From Camelus ferus (taxonomy: Eukaryota): 64,000 bases of DNA. Below the pieces are notes generated by a model. It was given only the letters and a program-made list of their open reading frames with translations, was not told where the DNA came from and ran no database searches. The stretch is taken from positions 35,466,001-35,530,000 of the forward strand of contig NC_045697.1 in assembly GCF_009834535.1 (NCBI RefSeq). Reading direction: 5' to 3'. Every line of letters begins with the position of its first letter. Within the stretch, counting starts at the first letter, position 1. A program made the position numbers and the translations under genes. Shown one piece after another: positions 51,423-64,000 of this stretch.

Positions 51423-51600
51423 AGGGTTGCCAGGTAAACACAGGTCACCCAGTCGGATCTGAACAACAAATAATATCTTAGTATAAATAAGTCCCTAATA
51501 TTGCATTGAGAAATACCTACAAACTAAGAGTGTTTGTTTACCTGAAAGGCAAACTCAGCTGGGCATCCTGTATTTTCCTTTGCTAAACCTGGCAGCCCTG
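51423..51600. mobile_element. MER53-like hAT MITE
   Basis: TIRs agggttgccagg / cctggcagccct; 8-bp TSD attaaaat (51415-51422) / attagaat (51601-51608). Confidence 0.85.
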
Positions 51601-52850
51601 ATTAGAATCACAGCGGCAGCCAGCTCTGCGGGCTGATACCCTCCCTCCCTCAGTAAACGGAAGACGGCGAATGGAGCAGTTCTCTTGGCTTCCAGGTCTC
51701 CTGCTGTGCCCAGTGTCTCGGAGTGAGGGGAGTGAGGCCCGCAGTTTGCAGCCGCGACGTGGGGCTAGGAGGAGGTGGGGAGGCTGTCCTTACAGCAAAC
51801 AGCCTCTGCAGCTGGGTAGGGGCTGCCTGTGGCAGGAACTCCAGAACAAACACACTCCAGCTGCTTGAATTAAAAGAAACCAAACAAACAAAAAGCGGGG
51901 GTATGGGGAGCAGTCGACGGCCGTTTTAGCTTTTAACACTCTTTCGGGTATAGGGGGCCCTGCTGCCTGCGAGGAGGAAGCAGCGCAGGGAGGGATGGAG
52001 AGCGAGAACGGGGAACCCTAGTCCCTGAAGATGGGTCCGTGGAGCCCATCACAGATGGCAGGAAGGTGAAGTTAGGGCTGGAGCTGTGAGAAGCACAGGG
52101 CTACTCCCAGACGCCAGGTACCACCCTCTGTCCCTGTGCGTGGAGCAGTGAGGACACCAGGTGTGGCATTTGCTGCAGCAGAAGGCCCATCTTCTTGGGA
52201 AGGAGGGTCTGGAAGATGGTGTGACATCCTGGAAAGGTTTTCCAAATCTGCTGGGTGACAAGGCATCCCTGTCAAGCAAGTTGGCAGCGAGTAGGAGAGG
52301 CAAGGGTATGGATTGCCCTCACTGGTGGGGGACATCCAAAGTGAATTCTAGTTGATAACAGGGACTAGCTGGGTGACCCTGGGCACATCAATTTACTTCA
52401 GTTTCCTCCTCTACAGAATGAAGTTGTAATAAATGGTGGGCTCTGCCAGCTCTGATCTCCTTATTTATCTGGAAACTGCTCCAAATGGGAACAATGCTTC
52501 CTCCAAGTCAGTTCAGCTAACTACACTGTCGATGAGAAAGAACAGAATGACAAATATGGAAGAAGGAAAAAAAAAAGAGGGGAAGGGAATTTATTTCCTG
52601 CATAATTATCAACATTATTTCTCATCCAGCATCAGATGTTCACTCCCCTTGCTGAAGGGTGTGTGTGGATGGCTTTCGGGGAATGAGACCAACATTAATA
52701 AACTGATGCTGAGGCAGAACAACTGTATCAATAGCAATTTTGGTGTCTGCAAGGTGACTGTGGAGTCTGGAATCATAGATGATACTCTAACTTTTTTTCA
52801 GATTGAAGATATTTGTGACAACATTAAGTACATTCACCTATGTTACTGGA

Positions 52851-52882
<32 letters not shown>

Positions 52883-55800
52883 TGTGTGTGTGTTCATACA
52901 CATGAGGAAAAAAGCAAAATGTAAGTGATTAGTGAATCTAAAAATAGTCAATGAAGGTGTATGTAACTAGGGTTTTCACAGGTGTATTCAGGTAACTGCT
53001 ATTTAAACAGTGAAAGCATTGCATCTGAATGGAAAATGAGCTTTTAAAATCAATGAGGTAAGAAATGACTGCAGCATTTTTACACTAGAGAAAGACCTGA
53101 CTTTGCATTCACAAAGAATTTATGGGAAATATCTAGTATTAATAAAATGTTCTCATTTCCAAAAATAGACAGTGAGGAATTATTTTTCGCTTTTGTTCAT
53201 TTTGGAACTTTACATTTGATTTGAAAGGCTGTTTCTAATTTCTACACCACACCCTAGGCAAAAACTGCAGGAACCCATGGGTTCAGTGCCTTCTAGCTCC
53301 AGCTGCTACTGAGCGGGTTGCAAAGCCCCACCCAGAACTGGTCAAGGCTGTGCTAGTGCCCCTTGCTGATGGGCTACACCTGACTACTTTTCATTCGAAC
53401 TGAAACGTCAACTCTGTGCTTAATTTACTTTGATGAAATAATTCACCAAGTAAGGATTATTTGGAATCTGCCTTTCCCCTAAGTTCTCATTCAGTGTTTG
53501 ATGCTGGAATGCAGGGATGGGAGTTATGCACAAAGCATGATCCTTGCTCGCAGCGTACTTACAGTCCAGGTGCTGTAGGACACAGGCTGCATCAGGACTG
53601 ATGTTTTAGTTCCCGGGATGGAATTGGAAGCAGGTTCTTTTTTCTCTAAAGGAGTGGATCTTAATTCAGCCCCACGAGATATGGGTAAAACCCTGGTGAG
53701 CTTCGGTGCCATCTCCAGCCCTTCTGGGTGAGCATAGCCTGTTGTCAGAGAAGAGAAGGAAGAAGGACTTGTTCTGACAGCCTGCAGTCTCCAAGTGGTA
53801 CCCAGTGTACCACCCAGGGCACACTCTGTTGCCTTGGGCTACCCCGTGGAGAAAGTCAGTAGGCCCTCTCTTTACTGGGGTCACTGACGTAGTTTTCAGG
53901 GCATGGGCTATGCTGCCACAGCAGCCCACTAATCCTATAAAAATATATGGCAAAAAATCCCACGCTTACACTTCACACATAGTATTGGGGCCTAAATTTA
54001 AGCTGCTATTGAGCAATCAAGTTTCATTAGTCAGCTTTTTGTCTCAGTACATTTGGAGGACCACCTGATTACGAAAGAATGGATGTCTGAAGTCTTGTTG
54101 TAATGTGGTGTTTCAGGGAAGCTCCTGAAGGAGACTATCCAGGGTCCCCTACCAGGACACAGGTCAGAAAATACGTAGTGCAAGGCAGGGTGAAATAAAG
54201 GCTGCAGAGAATGACAGGGTATGCGCTTGTGGAGCACAGAGAGAGGAATGAGGAGGGTTGATTCTGGAACAGTCAGGAGAGGCTTCATCTTTAAAGAGAG
54301 GAGCAGCTTTTTGAGCAGGGTTCTCAAGGGTGGGTGGGACATTCACAGGCAAGTACTGCGGAAACATGACCTCTGCACTCAGGAGCAGCAAGAACTCCAA
54401 ATACTAGATGAAATAAAATGATGCTAGGAGCAAGTAATGAGCCAAATCCAATTTACCCTGTGTCTTTAGCAAGTCAGTGGCATGGAAAGAAAGAGGTGGT
54501 GGAGAAGCGAAGATTAATCTAGATTTAAAAAGATCTAACTGCACCTCCTGTTAGCAGAATTCTCTGCCTTCCCTCCCTTCTTCTCCAACGCCCCCCCTCC
54601 ATTCCCCCATTCATGTATTTGACAAATACTTATTTGGCACTCACTGTGTGACAGGCACCGGGTTAGTGAATCAACGCCGTGGATCCTACCCTTATGTCTC
54701 TCCAGTTGATGTTTTCATTTCCGCCCCCCACTTCAGTCTCATACCTTTTCCACAACCTGTAAAACTAATGTAAACATGACCTGGAATCAGTAAATTCCAC
54801 AGGCCATCTACAGGGTGAAGGGCAGGTGCATGGATCTCCATGGAAGAGGGCTCCGTGGAACAGAGTTCACAGACAAAAATGACAAGACGTGGTGAAATCA
54901 CATGGCAAGGAAGACAAATAGAAGATTATACACCCCAGAGTAATACAAACCCATTTCTGAGAAACGTAGGATGCAAAAAATTTAAGTCTCTTTAAGAAAG
55001 GAAAACTTTTTAATTAAAAGGAACTGTAAGCAATCTTTCTTGCTCCTAAATGTCTATACATTTGTTTAATTGAGCATTATATGCAAATAATACCTCTTTG
55101 TTGAAAAGAGGAGATGCTGCCACCAGTGCATATTTGCTAAATAAAGCGGGTGAGACAAGGTCTCAGGTGAGACTGCCTATCTCCGGCGGTGATTCTTTTT
55201 GGCTGTGTTTCCCAGCCATGCGGTGTAAAGCCATCAGAACTCTTGTTATCAAAGTGTTTCATGATAAATGTTTCTTTTCACCCACGTGAAATGTAAACCT
55301 CTGTTGTTTGTTTGGATGTCAAAAATCATGAAACAGATTTTAGAGACGTTTTAAAACGTCACAAAATGCAGGTAAGAGGTAGTAATAGATGAAAATAGTA
55401 TTTTTTAATGACTGCAAATGTAAATAAAACAAGTTGTGTTTTCTCTTTCTCTACTAAAAGCTGTTTCTGGTTCTACTAATACTTTAGAAAATACATTATG
55501 ATTTCTGGTATTTGGAAGAGTAGCATGGTGAAAATAAGGCTTTTAACAATCTCAAAACCTAAACACAGCAGGAAGTTTTACGTTTCAACCCCAATAAATC
55601 AAAACAAACGAATCCGAGCAGCAATTAATAATGGCTTATCTCCATATACGGCTGCCAAACCACCGCAGTGTTAAATCTTATTAACCATCCATTGGTCTTA
55701 TTATCTGTGTTAATATTAACATTTTTACTGTGGGCTCATTTTGTGTGGAAGGATAAAACAAATGCGTAGTTAATTATTTTATTTTAACTTATAAATAATT

Positions 55801-56049
55801 CTATGGTTCAGCAGATTATGAAAGAAAAGAAGTTAAAGTTTGGAATAGGAGGTGACATAGTGGGTATGCCACAGACCAAATGTAAAACCTTAAAAGTGTT
55901 TATGTGTGAACTCATGTATACAAAAGGGATCTTTTCTAGCTCTGACTCTAAGTAGCCCAGTTACAGTTACCCCAACACTACACTGAAGACAGGTAATCTA
56001 TTCTTTATCCCTTTGCCTAATTTTTATGTACTAATACAGTATATTCCTC

Positions 56050-56592
56050 TAAGTTCTGGTTAACTGTGCATAACAGAGCACCCTAAAACTTAAAGGCTTG
56101 AAACAACAACCTACTATTATCTCTCACAGTTCTGGAGGTTGATTGGTTCAGCTGAGCTGTTCTTGTTTGGGTCTTACAGGGTTGCAGCCAGGTGATGGCT
56201 GTGGCTGACGTCGTCATCTTTAAATGTCTGGCATCCGGGATGGGAAGTCTGGAATAACGGGGAGCTGGTTGGGCATCTCTCTCTCCATGCGGCATCTGCA
56301 AATGGTTAGCTTGGGCTTCCTCACAGTATGGTGGCCTAGGTAACTGGACTTCTTGCATGGTGGCTGGCTTCGTCCTGAGCGAGCATTCCAAGGCACCTGC
56401 GGGGAGCTGCAGAAGTTCTAATGACAGTCTTGGGAGTCCTGCAGGGTTAGCTCTGCTGTACTCTGTTGGATAAAGCTGTCGTAAGTCAGCTCAGATTTGA
56501 GGAGGCGGGGGAATAGCCTCCTCCTCTCAATGTGCCCTGCAGGTAACGAACAGGGAAGAAACTGGTGGTTTCACAAAGCATGCTTCTACCAC
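56050..56592. mobile_element. Old MaLR LTR (MLT1-like)
   Basis: gcataacagagcaccctaaaacttaaaggcttgaaacaacaacc...ctcacagttctggagg...cttctaccaca. Confidence 0.7.
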
Positions 56593-57199
56593 ACGAATTA
56601 GTTCATGTGTGGTTAGACAATGGTCTCAGTCTAACTTAGAAGTCAAGTTTGATCATATCAGACTTTCTCTAGGCGAGGGGAAGCAGAAGAGTAGGAGTAG
56701 AATTACAACCTTCAGCAGGAAAGAAAACAATCCCACAGCTCAGTGCTGCACTGGGAGTAGGGTTCCTTTAGCTGAGTTTTGCAAAAATTGAAAATGAGCA
56801 CCTGCACCAGGCTTTCTGGGGAGGCCCAGACAGTGCACCCAGCCTTGAGCCACATTTGGCTCCTGTGCCTGGGAAGTTCCTGGCTCAGAGATGGTTCAGT
56901 CTGGGTTGACCCAGCAGCCCCCAGCTCTGCTCTAACCAAACTGTGGCCAGCATTTCCACTCGATGTTTGTGTGAGTTTTTAATGTCTTCCAGTGTAGCCT
57001 CTAGCCATGTCTAGCTGCCTGCCTGGGTCGTCCAAGGTGATTGCCAAGGTACCAGTGATTGTTTTTCTTAGTGCTTTGGTTGCAAGTTTGCCTGTCTTTT
57101 GAGTGGTCTCCCTAACTTTATTTACCCCATAAACTCCATGACTTTTAATGTGTGATTTTGTAAGAATGTGAGATTTTTCAGTTACGCACATTTCACATT

Positions 57200-57730
57200 A
57201 TAGCAGACAAACCAGAACTATTTATTCTCCTCTAAATGAAAGCAGATCTCCTTGGAGAGAAGCTGATTCCATTCTGGGGGTAATATTCTAGACTTGGAAC
57301 ATTTATGTCAGAAAGCCATGATGCCTTAGAAATTCTGGAGAAAGACACAGAAACCAGCTTAAAAGGGGGGATCCACTGGCCAAATTTCAGCAATTTGAGT
57401 ATCAAAAAAATACACCAAAAAATTATGATTAATTAAAATATATTAAGTCATGAAAAGCCAGGGTCAATAATGATACTCAAAAAATAATAATGAGAATTTT
57501 CTTTTCAAAAAGCAAGTGTTATATTTGGGGCGCATTTATTCAAATGAGCAAAGGTGTTGCTCATGTCTAACCGTACAACTTGCTTCAGTATTGCAGCTAC
57601 ATATACACACAAAGGCAGACTAAATATATGCCAGCAAAAGACTGGAAAGATTTCACGTCCAGGTTTGGGACATGATGGTGACTGAAGTACGTTCGTTATA
57701 TGCTAAGTTATGAAGAATGTAAAGAGCCTT
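57200..57730 (+). mobile_element. Ancient L1 3' UTR fragments (L1MC/L1ME-like)
   Basis: agcagatctccttggagagaagctgattcc...gacacagaaaccagcttaaaagggg...cactggccaaattt. Confidence 0.55.
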
Positions 57731-60631
57731 AAAATTCACTAATACTGTCATTGCCCACATCACCTAGAATTTACAGATAGTTGTAGGACATTAACGTGAG
57801 TATCTGAAAAATATAAACTGGCTGATGTTTGTGTAGAAACAGTGTTCAGAGGGCCACAGCTCTTGTCCTGAAGTTCTCATAAATTAACATTTTCAGGCAA
57901 CAGAAAGACAGCACTCTCCCCCCTTACTTATTAGTGGACAGGCTCGTGAGACCTGCTGCTGCCAGTCTGTGGCCGGCCACTCACGCTATCTGATGACACA
58001 GTAATCTAGTAGAAAGCACTAGTGAAATTCATAAGCCAGGGGAACCCCTTCTCCCCTTCTCACCTCTGTCTCCCTTGGGTCTGAACGGTCCTTCAGAGAA
58101 GACTTGTAGCCTTGAGTTGAATGGATTTTGTCTTTCGAACATACTGGAAATGCGGCGATATCTCTTTGCTTGCATTTATTTGCTGCCTGGTGGTTCTCCC
58201 GGTTACTCCTGGTGACTCCCGGTTACTCCTTTGATTTTCCTCCCTTGCCCTGCAGAGAACTGGACGAACCCTTCCCGGGAGGGAGGGAGGGAGGGAGAGG
58301 CCTGGGGTACCTACCTCTTGAACCACTCTAGAGGGTTACAGGAAATTTTTGTTGACCTAAACCAAAACGACTTTATTGACCCTGAAGGGTAGAAGGTAAC
58401 ATTAGAAAGACAATTAAATATGGAACTAGTTGCTTCCTCAAAAAAAAAAAAAAAGTTTCAATGTTTCACATGTTGTGTTTGCAGCCTTTAGTCCAACATG
58501 TGTTTAATAGTTTTAGTTTTAGAAACGTATAAAGGTAAGTTAGGCCAGGTATTTCAAATGTTTCTTAGATGAAAATATGCTATTATGGAATTGTTAGGCT
58601 GATAAAAAAACTGAATTACTGTGCTAAAGATATGCAAAAAGACTTACCTTAATGAAAAGAGATTTTAAAAGGTCATTTATGTAATAATAGAACTAGAGAC
58701 AAGTGAAATAAGTGAAACTAAAACAGAGGGGAAAATTGGGGCAAAGGAGATGGATGCAAATTAGGAAGCTTAAAGTTTGAGGTGAATTGGAGGCAGACCT
58801 CAAAGTTGAGACATTTTGGAAATCTGGGAGGAGCAGGCTTCAGATGCCACTCACATCAGGCAGTACGCATCAGCCAAGCGTACAGCAGGCACGTGGAGAG
58901 GGGTTTTGCAAATTCATTTTTATGAGTGCTTGCCGAGACCCAGAGCTGCTTAACTGCAATGCCTGTGATGTTTATGCCACATTGCCATGTTTTTTTTTTT
59001 TTCCGGAAGTGTGAACAAAAACAAAAATCGTCAAAACTATATACAGTTTTTCCTCTGTGCTGCTGGAATAGAAGGTAATTTTTCACTTTATAAAGTAACT
59101 GCCAACTCTGAGATGATTTTCAGCTTCATAGACTCTAGGCTGGAACTGAATTTTACCCAGCAGTTGGAGGTCGGCCAATAGAAAAGTGTCTCATAGATCT
59201 CAGTCAAGCCAGGTGAAACCTTGTTTTCCCCATCACACACAGGGGTACAGTGGGGGCCCAAGGGAGGAAGAAAGTGGTCCATTCTACTTGGGTGGAATGA
59301 ACTGAGAAAGGCTCGTGGAGGAGGTGACACTTAAACAGCGTCTTGAAAAAAAGCACAGATATCGCCAGGCAGCTTAACGGAGGGGCCAGATGTGCAGCCA
59401 AAGGTGGGCAGCAGGGTGGGGAGGCACGGGCGAGTGGTGTAGTCTGGTGTGTCTGTAACTGTGGATTTCAGGAATGAGATAGGGCACGACGGGATCAATA
59501 CTATATGGGAAGTTAGATGGAAAGCCTGGCCGGATCCCGGACATCCTTGTACATCATACTAAAGAGTTTGTTTTCATTCATTTATTTAATAAATCCATAT
59601 GTTGACAACCTAACTAAATGCCAGGACTTTAGGAGACAAGACACATTTTTTGTTGTTGTTCTCATGGAGGTAATAGTATAGAAGGGGCAGACAGACGTTA
59701 AATCAATAATTGCACAAGTAAATTTTTAACTTTACCTGTGGTAAGTTCTCCTCTGTGAAGGACAATGTGTGTGTAATGGGAGAGTTTGCAACAGGAAAAT
59801 CTAACTCAGTCTTGGGGGCAGGGAGGTGTCCAAGAAGGCTCCCCTGAAGAAGTGACAGTCAAGTCGAGACCCAAGTTGGGTCTCCTGAGCTTGAGAAGGG
59901 CTTGATTGGGTGGGGTTGTGGGTGGGGTTGGAAAGAGCATTTCAGGTAAAGGCCTGGAGACAGAGTTAGGTGGAGATTTATTAAAGAAACAGAAAAGCCT
60001 GCAGCCTAACCCAGACTCTACTCAGGGAAGCCACGTCATCATACCTGGGTTTTAGGAACCACCCCCTGGCTGTAGTGTGGGGATAATAAGGGCATGCAGG
60101 CTGGGAGGTAAAGAAACCAGTTGGTGTGCTGTTGTCACAGATCCAGTGGGAGTGTCAAGTGACAGCTGAAGCTGTGTGTGGACAGAGAAGACAGGATGGA
60201 CTTGTGTGCTGAGGGGCTAGAAGGGGCTGTTTAATGACCAATGGATTAGATGTGGGAAGTGAGGAGAGGGAGACTCTTGGGTTTCTGGATGGAGCAGTGG
60301 GGTGGATGGTGAAATGGAACACAGGGTGAGACTGGGTGGGTGGCGAGGATGAGGGGCTGCTACTGAGTCATTTTGGACACACTTTGCTTGAAGTGCTGAT
60401 GGAGATATTCAACAGGCAGCTAGATGTGAGTGTAAAGTCCCAGAAAGATCTCAGAGTTGGAGTTACAGAAGTGAGAAACAGCAGCAGTAGGCGGTGGTGG
60501 AAGCCATAGCAAGTGACATGGGGAAAGGGAAATGAGCGAGAAGACCAGAGGGTCTGGGACCCTAGGAAACAGATATTTATGAGGAGAACATAGGAAGAGG
60601 GGGTAGAAAAGGAGCCCGAGAAAGAGTGAAG

Positions 60632-61100
60632 TGTGTGCAGCACAGCCTCCCTTTGCCCGAATCTGTTCTCCAGATCCGCTTTCTCCCCTCCTCTGTCCCA
60701 CTCTGTGGCTGGGAAGGCTGCCCTCTGTGGCCTGCATGGACCAGCTGTCTTGCCCTCTGGCTTCCAGAGGTCAGCCCCTGGGAGACTGGAGTGTGAGAAG
60801 AGAGGCTGGGTGATTATTCTCCTGGCTTCGTCCTGCTGGGCTGTGGATGGTTGTTGGCCACGTTCCTCTACTAAGGGCCACAGCTCCTCTTGTAGCTGCA
60901 ATTCTCCTTGTCTCCTCAGGGCTGAGCGTGGGAAAGGCTTTCTTCCTTTTAGTCCTAGGCCTTAGGTTATTTCCCTTCCCTTGCTAATTTCCTGCATCCT
61001 GTCCAGATCTTTCCAAAGGATTCCTTCATTAAACTCTCTCCAGCCTACCCTGTTTCTTGCCATCTGGGTCCTGCTGGGATCCTCACCTTTACAGAGTTGT
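60632..61100. mobile_element. Old ERVL LTR (LTR33/LTR41-like) nested in L2
   Basis: ccagatccgctttctcc...gggaaggctgccctctgtggcctgcat...cttgccctctggcttcc...ttcattaaactctctcc...ttcctgctggga-like end. Confidence 0.6.
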
Positions 61101-62639
61101 ATCACAAAGCCACAGAGAAAGAATGTCAAGTTGAGAGTGGCCAACGGTGTCCAATGCTGTGGAATTTTGACTTGATGAGACTGAAGAGTCCATGGCATGT
61201 CCAGTTGGAGATTGGTGACCGCTATTGCCACTGAGTTAAAGGAACAGTCAGCTGAAGCCTGACCATGGTGCACTGACAAGACAATGGACGGTCACTGACC
61301 ACTCCTTGGAGGAATTTAGCTATGAAGGAAAGAAGGAGGTGGTATTTTGAGGTAATGGCAGGGTGGTGTTTTCATTCTTTAATTCGAATGTTGAAGGGAT
61401 CTGAGAATGCTTATTGCCTGTGGGAAGGAGCCAGTGGACAGGGAAAGAGCTTGGACATGCAGGAAGGGGAAATATGACCGAATCCACACCCAAGACTGCA
61501 GCAAGAGCAGATGGGAGGGATTAACATTGACCAAAAGGATGCTGATGACTTAGATTGGAGGAAAGGCATGTGTGTAGACAATGTTCACTGTGTGGGATAG
61601 GGGAGTGATGGAGTTTCTTCCTGATAGCCTAAATTTTCTCAGTGAAAATTCAAGGACAGGGAAATTTCAAAATGGTAGCTATAAACATGGAGGGAGAAAT
61701 TGATCAGGGACCAGTGAAGGCCTCAAAAGTTTGCTGACATAAATGAATAAATTATTGACAGAAAGTGCTAGAAACCAGAATACAGGATGTGTGATGGAGT
61801 GATAATGTCATGAGATGAAGCTGGAAATGTAGGATGTGTCTAGATTTGGTCTTTTTCTAGACGATAGAGAGCTGTCAAAGGTTTCTGTGTGGTGGAGAGA
61901 TGAATAGGATATAAGAGTATTTGGGGGTGAGAGGAGTCAAGGAGAGGTACTAAAGGTCACAAAGAGGCCTTAAAATAGTCTAGGTGATAGATAAGGGATG
62001 TGCCTTATTCGGGGGTGGAGAGTAGAGATCACAAAGTTAAGAGTTACTGAGGAGCTAGGTCCTATGAGACTAGTGGTGATACCACAGTTGGATTGGGAGG
62101 TCCGTAGGGCCATTCCCCCAGACTCCATCACCTTCCATCATAGTCCACCCTAAATATTCACTCTAAGTAAATAAAAACAGGGTGCTTCCCACACAAACGC
62201 TGGTTCAACATACATTGCCTAGCGCCCATTCGGATTTTCATGCCTAAATGTCTCCTTATATAGACATTCAGGAATTCTCACTGCATAGAGTTTGGAAGCT
62301 ACTCAGATTTAGGAAGTGAAAGAGAAGGAGTTGGAGAGAAGACAGATTTTAACTGGCTTTACTGGGTGAGAGTCATGATGCTATCGACCAAGAAGGAGAA
62401 TGTGGGAGGTCACATGCGTGAAGGAACATGATAAATTTTGGTCCCAGGAGGATCTGTGTAGATTTGGGCAGCTAGGGTGGAGAGTGGGAGCCTGGAGCTT
62501 GGCAGGAAGGGTGGGCCTTGTCATACAGACCTGGGTGTCACCTTTACAGAGGTGGCTGTGAAGCTGTGGGTTCCAAGGAGAGTGGCAGAGAAAGACTGGG
62601 AACAGACCCTTGAGGGGTGCTCTTCAAGAGGGCAAAGCA

Positions 62640-62791
62640 TGGAGGGCGGGTAGAGCTCAGTGTAGAGCGCATGCCTAGCAAGCATGAGGTCCTGGGTTCA
62701 CCCCCCAGTGCCTCCAATAAAATAAACAAACAAACAAACAAACAAACAAACCTAATTACCACCCCTGTCCGCCAAGCAAAACAAAACAAAA
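62640..62791 (+). mobile_element. tRNA-derived SINE (Vic-1-like)
   Basis: A/B-box head and (AAAC)n tail; TSD aaga(g/a)ggcaaagca at 62626-62639 and 62792-62805. Confidence 0.9.
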
Positions 62792-63666
62792 AAGAAGGCA
62801 AAGCAGAGGAGAAGTGTCAGGAAGGAGAACGGGAAAAAGTCAGAGAAGTAGGGGGATAAACACAAGAACACAGCTCCTGAGATCCCTGATTGGAGAGTCA
62901 CTTCAAGGACTAATCAAGAGTAATAATGGAGTGCCTTTATCTTTTACATAAGACATCACTTCTCTTCTTGAAAAGTGATTTTTAATTTACATTGTGCTCT
63001 ACAAAATGGTGCCTCCTTTAACATTACTTTTTAACAAATATTGAGAATTGCTCTGGATTTCTCCAGTTTTACAGTTCCCTAATCAACCCAAAAAGCTGTG
63101 TGGTTCTTTGTGCAGAATTCATTAAAATCTGTCCAGCAGTCCTGTCTAAGTGCATCAGTAGGCACTGAAGATGTTCCTGGAATTTCTCTTTGATTTTCAA
63201 GTTGAACGTCCTTGTCTTTGTCATAGTAGAGCTGGTCCTCTCATGGAGAGCCAACTCCCCTCAGGTTTCTCTGGGTCTGCACTTGCGTATAAAAGTTAGA
63301 ATGATTTCTTCTAAGTGCAGCAGGTTCCCCTCTGAATGCTGACCCCCGTCTCTTTCACTGAAGTGCTCCCGTGCTCTTAGTGAACTAGTTTTATTTGGAA
63401 GCTCTTGTAGTAGTGGTACCTGGCTCTTGCAACTGTTTTCAAAATAGCCCCCACCCACCACCCTCCTTTTACACTGAAGAGCCAGTTCCTCACCACAGGA
63501 GTGTAACACATTTGGCTTAGAACCTTTCCCAAACCACCGTCCTCAGGACGTACAAACTTCTCATTTACATCAGTGTCCATTCTGAATCTTGTTGTGAGGG
63601 TCTGAAGTTTTCCCTGTAGTTATCTTGGAAGGAATATTGTTTTGAGTTTCTTGGCACGTGAGGTTC

Positions 63667-64000
63667 TTATTTACAAATGTCGGCGTCCCCGTCAGGACAG
63701 GAACTCTCATCAGAATCCGAGGAAACTTCGGCAGAATGTGGTGGTGTCTGTGGTACAATATCCCCATTTGAAAACTCTAAGTCTCTGAGTGAACAGTGCC
63801 ATTCCACCGGCTCGGACTGAAGAGCTGCGATGTAATCATAAACAGACACGCCTGGGATCTCATCACTACAAGGGCTACTGCTCAGGGACCCAGGCAAAGT
63901 CAGTGGATCCTCAGATCTACTGGTGGTAGAGGCACTTTCCAGACGGGTCTCCCACAAACCAGAGTCTGGACCGGAAGTGAGAGTTTTTTCAAAACGATCT
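63667..64000 (-). CDS. LRRC66: Leucine-rich repeat-containing protein 66, C-terminal part of last exon (partial)
   Basis: The open frame from the window edge reads DRFEKTLTSGPDSGLWETRLESAS...YDYIAALQSEPVEWHCSLRDLEFSN..QTPPHSAEV...DADICK*. This matches the recalled human LRRC66 C-terminus (EWHCSLRDLEFSN...DSDILK*) and the synteny with DCUN1D4. Confidence 0.9.
   Translation of the reverse strand, partial: DRFEKTLTSGPDSGLWETRLESASTTSRSEDPLTLPGSLSSSPCSDEIPGVSVYDYIAALQSEPVEWHCSLRDLEFSNGDIVPQTPPHSAEVSSDSDESSCPDGDADICK

Larger units (their letters stand above)
59150..62870 (-). mobile_element. Extended fragmented L2 LINE region
   Basis: L2 hallmarks: ttcattcatttatttaataaa; ttttggacacactttgcttgaagtgctgatggagatattcaacaggcagctagatg; G-rich degenerate body. 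Confidence 0.7.

Noticed and set aside
58196..58230. Short tandem duplication (ctcccggttactcct x2); similar ones near 28214, 40010 and 40998
   Set aside because: Ordinary slippage duplications; only two units and no spacer array, so not CRISPR-like

Overview
Mammalian genomic DNA, probably from a camelid. That assignment is inferred from four copies of a tRNA-derived, Vic-1-like SINE. The window holds the last three coding exons and ~3.3 kb 3' UTR of DCUN1D4 (+ strand) and the C-terminal coding end of LRRC66 (- strand, running off the right edge), matching the convergent DCUN1D4/LRRC66 arrangement of human 4q12. The remainder is intronic or intergenic and repeat-rich: one near-full-length but disabled L1, older L1/L2/MIR relics, LTR/ERV fragments and DNA-transposon fossils. 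I see no rRNA, true tRNA, CRISPR array or prokaryotic system, and no well-supported new biological system. The most unusual observations are: (1) an ~0.8 kb inverted duplication 9 kb apart with a short direct-repeat junction; (2) an L1 with an intact 5' terminus but a very short 5' UTR, possibly from a spliced RNA; (3) a 105-nt in-frame, stop-free last intron splitting the DCUN1D4 DAD patch; (4) a degenerate TTAA-bounded inverted repeat pair. Repeat family names come from recall of consensus sequences, and boundaries of old repeats are approximate.
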